Shown here: positions 60,284 to 64,000 of the stretch, in pieces
How the letters are laid out: the number at the start of each line of letters is the position of its first letter
How positions within the stretch are numbered: the stretch's first letter is position 1
NCBI GenBank assembly: GCA_965248265.1
Contig: CBDFJF010000001.1
Location: forward strand, 576,001 to 640,000
Length of the DNA stretch: 64,000 nt
Direction of reading: 5' to 3'
Source: Candidatus Latescibacterota bacterium
Lineage (GTDB): Bacteria > Latescibacterota > UBA2968 > UBA8231
The notes under the pieces: model-generated
Seen by the model: only the letters and a program-made list of their open reading frames with translations
What the model was told of the DNA's origin: nothing
Database searches by the model: none
Translations under genes and position numbers: made by a program

Positions 60284-63028
60284 TCAGGACTGTTGTCCCT
60301 GGATCAGCTCAGCGGCCTCACGCACTACGATATGTCGATCCTCTGCCAGGCGCCGGACGTGGTCTCCGTATCTGTGTGCAGAATCGCTGCAAAGACTGAA
60401 GGTGGCGCATGCCCGCAGCCATGGATCGCGATCGGACAACAGGAACTCGAGAGCCTCGTCCACGTCCGAGAAACGGTTCCCGAATGTGCGTTGCCCGTGA
60501 CTGATGGCGGCTGCGAGTGAAGTCATTTCCAGTAGAGGCATCAGCAGCTCCTTGGTTCCGCGGTCGAGGACATTCTCCAGGAATTCGAGGGCGCTGGCCC
60601 GTGTCGATCGCTCGCCACTGACGAATCCCATGTACGCGTTGAGCATGTCCTTGGGCGGATGCCGCAAAGCGAGCAGGCGAAATATGCGCTCGACCTGTTG
60701 GTCTCGCTTCTCTCCAAGCGATCTGGTCAACAGGCGCACAGGGGGACCGTCGGCGATGCCTTCGTACAGGTGCAATATCTGTAGTTGATCGGAATAGGTC
60801 TTCGCAGAATGCCGCAGTGCGGCGTCCACTTCACCTGCGGCAAACTCCAGGCGCGTACTCTTGTTGCGCAATTTATTGAGAGACTTGATGATACCGTACT
60901 GCAGTTGCGGCTCTACACGCTCGAGTTGCTCCAACAGGACATCGACCGTTTCCTGCTCGACGATCTCCGCCAGCACCCGTGCCGCACGCATGCGCCTGGG
61001 CGTATCGAGTTCAACAGCGGCCAGGCGCTCTCGCAGAACCGGGAGCACCTGGGTGCCGAAGCGCGCCAACGCCTCCCTGGCCGCGCGGCGAAACCTGCGG
61101 TCATCCAGCCGATCCAGCAGCCATGAAACATGCTGAGGATCCCTGAGCTCACCGAGACTCTGGATCGTCTCCAGAACGACGGGAGGATCCGGCATTTCCA
61201 TCAGCTGGCGAATCGTCTCCTGCAGGTAGGGACGGTCGCTGTCGACGAGCGTGCCGACGAGTCGTGCCGCCTGCACCCGGACCTGGGTACCACCCTCGGC
61301 ATCGGCGAACAGTTGTCGAATGAAGGACTCGTCGATCAGATCGTGCTCTTCGTCGGTGCCGTAACCGGCTATGCAGCCGACCGCCGCCTGTCTCATGCGC
61401 AGATCGGAGTGAACCAACGCGGCATGCAGGCGCTCACTGCGATCCCCTTCTCCGTGCAGACACATACAGTAGAGGGCCTCCACCCGCACCTGGAGATCCT
61501 CGTCCAGTTGCAGAGCCTCGATTTGCGCCAGCGGCAGGGCTGCCGATTCCTGATTCTGCAGGACCTCGATTGCCCGCCTGCGCACCTCGGCGGACGGATG
61601 GCCCAGCAGCGCGCTGACCGGGTCGACCAACGGTGCCGCGACAACTCCCGAAAGCATGTCCAGCCCGTAGACAAGACGTCGTTCGTTCGGACTCTCCAGC
61701 AGCTTGACGATACTCTCCATGGCGGCCGCTTCGGTGATATCGACCGTGTAGTCTCCGAGATCGATCTCCCGACGTTCCAGCGCCTGACGGAAAGAGTCCA
61801 CGTAGGCGCGCCGGCTGCGGGCGCTCAAGCCGAACCACAGGGCGATCAAGCCCAGGGTTAGGTAACTGAGATGTTGGTACGGCATGCCGAACAGCTTCAG
61901 AGCGATCAGCACCAGCACGGCGCCCGCTCCTGTAGCCAGATTGTCGACGGTGGTGTCCAGGAAAACCTTGGCGCGGCGCTTGATGTGCGCCGGTATGGGC
62001 AGGTAGAGAATCTCCGTCGCCGATTTGTGGATGGAATGGCGAAAGGCTCCATCCCCGAACTTTACCAGCACTCCGGCCAGCAGCCCGGGCACCAACAGGA
62101 TGGCGAACGAACCCAGGGCCATGCTCAAGGGCAGGAACATCAAGGCCGAGGCAACTCCCCAGCGACGCAAGACCCGTGACGTGACTACCAGCTGAAACAC
62201 GAAGGCGAAGGCGCTCAGGAAGGCGAAGAACTGTGCGAAGAAGGCGGTCTTGGCGTCGGTGCTGGGAAACGCCTCATCAACGATTTGATTGAACTGCACA
62301 TCGATGATGGCGGCGATCATGGCCACCAGAGCCGCCACCCCGCCCAACATCTGCACCAGTTCAGAGCCTTTGATGGCATCGACGATGCCGCCGCCCCGTT
62401 CCGCATCAGCCTTGGTACCGGTCTCTCGCACCCGCACCGGATAGAGGGTCAGCAGGCAGGCACCAAGCACCGCGGCGCATACCAGCAGCAGGTTCTCGGT
62501 GCCGACGATACTGACCGCCCAGCTGGTGAAGGCACCGCCGATCACGGCCCCGAGTATGCCGGAAGTACCGATCAAGCCGAACAGCCGGCGCCCTTCCCTG
62601 GCGTTGAACACGGCGTTGGCCAACAGCCAAATTAGTGAAGTAGCCAGCAAACCGTAGATGTTCACCCAGACGTAAAACAGGTAATAACTCCACGACCACT
62701 GCTGCGGCAGGATGAAACGAAAACCGATCAGGCAGACGATGAGAACGAGGTAAGTCCCCAGAACCAGGCGGTCGATGCGCAACCTGGAGGTGAAGCGGGT
62801 GAATACCAGAGCGGTGGCAGCGCCGATGGCGGCGACCAGGATCAACACGAACGGCAGCTGGTCGATGCCGAGCCGATCGAGAAACAGGGCGTTGCGCGCA
62901 GGCTTGAGGATGTAGAGCGAGGCCATCACCAGGCCGTAGGCCGTCGTCAACGGCAGGATCCGATAGACCTCTCTTCGGCGCACACCGAAGAAACGCTCCA
63001 GGAATCGTGCTATCGAAAGACCGGCCAT
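60284..63028 (-). CDS. Npt/TLC-family nucleotide transporter fused to HEAT repeats
   Basis: YILKPARNALFL, FYVWVNIY, REGRRLFG, EILYLPIP, followed by HEAT-like helical repeats. Confidence 0.88.
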   Translation of the reverse strand: MAGLSIARFLERFFGVRRREVYRILPLTTAYGLVMASLYILKPARNALFLDRLGIDQLPFVLILVAAIGAATALVFTRFTSRLRIDRLVLGTYLVLIVCLIGFRFILPQQWSWSYYLFYVWVNIYGLLATSLIWLLANAVFNAREGRRLFGLIGTSGILGAVIGGAFTSWAVSIVGTENLLLVCAAVLGACLLTLYPVRVRETGTKADAERGGGIVDAIKGSELVQMLGGVAALVAMIAAIIDVQFNQIVDEAFPSTDAKTAFFAQFFAFLSAFAFVFQLVVTSRVLRRWGVASALMFLPLSMALGSFAILLVPGLLAGVLVKFGDGAFRHSIHKSATEILYLPIPAHIKRRAKVFLDTTVDNLATGAGAVLVLIALKLFGMPYQHLSYLTLGLIALWFGLSARSRRAYVDSFRQALERREIDLGDYTVDITEAAAMESIVKLLESPNERRLVYGLDMLSGVVAAPLVDPVSALLGHPSAEVRRRAIEVLQNQESAALPLAQIEALQLDEDLQVRVEALYCMCLHGEGDRSERLHAALVHSDLRMRQAAVGCIAGYGTDEEHDLIDESFIRQLFADAEGGTQVRVQAARLVGTLVDSDRPYLQETIRQLMEMPDPPVVLETIQSLGELRDPQHVSWLLDRLDDRRFRRAAREALARFGTQVLPVLRERLAAVELDTPRRMRAARVLAEIVEQETVDVLLEQLERVEPQLQYGIIKSLNKLRNKSTRLEFAAGEVDAALRHSAKTYSDQLQILHLYEGIADGPPVRLLTRSLGEKRDQQVERIFRLLALRHPPKDMLNAYMGFVSGERSTRASALEFLENVLDRGTKELLMPLLEMTSLAAAISHGQRTFGNRFSDVDEALEFLLSDRDPWLRACATFSLCSDSAHRYGDHVRRLAEDRHIVVREAAELIQGQQS

Positions 63029-63031
63029 GAC

Positions 63032-64000
63032 TTACGGATTGTACTGAAATCCCTTGAAGCGAACCCGGAAGAACAGGGAGTACAACACCGGCACGACGCC
63101 CAGGGTCAGTGCCGTCGCGAACAACAAACCGAAGATGATGGCGACCGCCATCGGTTGAAACATCGGCCCCCCGCCGTACCACAGCGGCAGCATGCCGCCG
63201 ATGGTCGTGCACGTCGTCAGTACGATCGGACGCAGACGGCGTTGCGCCGCCTCGATTATGGCTTGCTGGGGCTCCAGGCCGTTCACCTCAATCTCGATCT
63301 TGATACGGTCCAGCAGAACGATGGCATTGTTGATAACGATACCGCTGAGTGAGATGATTCCGAGAAAGGTCATGAACCCCATGACTGAGCGCGCGACCAG
63401 CAGACCGATGACGACGCCGATCAACCCCAGCGGGATCGCCATCAAGATAATCGCCGGCCGCCGCAATGAGTTGAACTGGCCGACGAGGAGCAGCAGTATG
63501 ATGAGCCCGGCAATCGGCATCTTCACACCGATGGACTCGTTCGCTTTCACCGAGGCCTCGTACTCGCCGCCGAACTCCCAGCGGTAGCCGAGCGGCCAGT
63601 TCGGGCTCGCCCCGTCCAGCCAGATTCCCAGTTGACTGAAAATCGCCAGCGCAGTCACCTCCCCTTCGATCGCGGATGACACCGTCACGGTCTTGAGGCG
63701 ATCGCGGCGCAGAACCTTCGACGGTTGCCAAACGACCTCGATGTCGGCGACCTGCTTGAGCGGCACCGATTGCCCCGTCAACTGCGAGAAAATGTTCAAG
63801 CTCTCCAGCTTGCCGATGTCCTTGCGATCCGCCTTGACCGATCGCAGGGTCACCGGAATCAACTCGTCCCCCTCGCGGTACTCGGTGGTCTGAAAGCCGC
63901 TCAGAACTGTCTGCAGAGACACCGCCACGTCGCGACTGGTCAAGCCTGCCCGCCGGGCCCGCGCCTGGTCGATGTTGACGACCAGCTTCTTGGTTCTTGC
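63032..64000 (-). CDS. RND efflux permease (AcrB family), 5' part outside the window
   Basis: QFNSLRRPAII, GIVINNAIVLLD, RLRPIVLT, FQPMAVAIIFGL. Confidence 0.95.
   Translation of the reverse strand, partial: ARTKKLVVNIDQARARRAGLTSRDVAVSLQTVLSGFQTTEYREGDELIPVTLRSVKADRKDIGKLESLNIFSQLTGQSVPLKQVADIEVVWQPSKVLRRDRLKTVTVSSAIEGEVTALAIFSQLGIWLDGASPNWPLGYRWEFGGEYEASVKANESIGVKMPIAGLIILLLLVGQFNSLRRPAIILMAIPLGLIGVVIGLLVARSVMGFMTFLGIISLSGIVINNAIVLLDRIKIEIEVNGLEPQQAIIEAAQRRLRPIVLTTCTTIGGMLPLWYGGGPMFQPMAVAIIFGLLFATALTLGVVPVLYSLFFRVRFKGFQYNP

Overview
GC-rich bacterial chromosomal window. The long FCB-type AtpB, DUF4159 protein and NTT-HEAT transporter suggest an FCB-superphylum organism such as Latescibacterota (inference only). 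The left 27 kb is one tightly packed minus-strand bioenergetic gene run behind a near-consensus sigma70 promoter: nqrABCDEF-nqrM, then a complex I-like cluster (nuoA, CD, E, F, G, H, J, K, L, M, N), then the F1Fo ATP synthase operon, then a polyprenyl diphosphate synthase that the ORF track missed. The standout feature is the nuo cluster. All of its genes are intact and translationally coupled, yet nuoB and nuoI are cleanly absent. The NuoD quinone-site His/Tyr/Asp are gone and the NuoF NADH site is remodelled, while every NuoE/F/G Fe-S motif is kept. Most protonatable residues of the membrane arm are replaced, many by Gln (by hand alignment to remembered E. coli sequences). This looks like a repurposed complex I that neither reduces quinone nor pumps protons, placed between a Na+ pump and an H+-type ATP synthase. 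The rest of the window holds a TonB receptor, an AgcS symporter, the PDH operon (with a 166-nt MITE-like hairpin in its leader), Slt, DUF368, MutY-NUDIX, paired DmpA-like peptidases, sigma54 signalling genes with recognisable sigma54 promoters, RsmD, an enolase-superfamily enzyme, eukaryote-type HisA, and an RND / NTT-HEAT / cNMP / twin-receiver / PAS-kinase cluster. No rRNA, tRNA or CRISPR array was seen.
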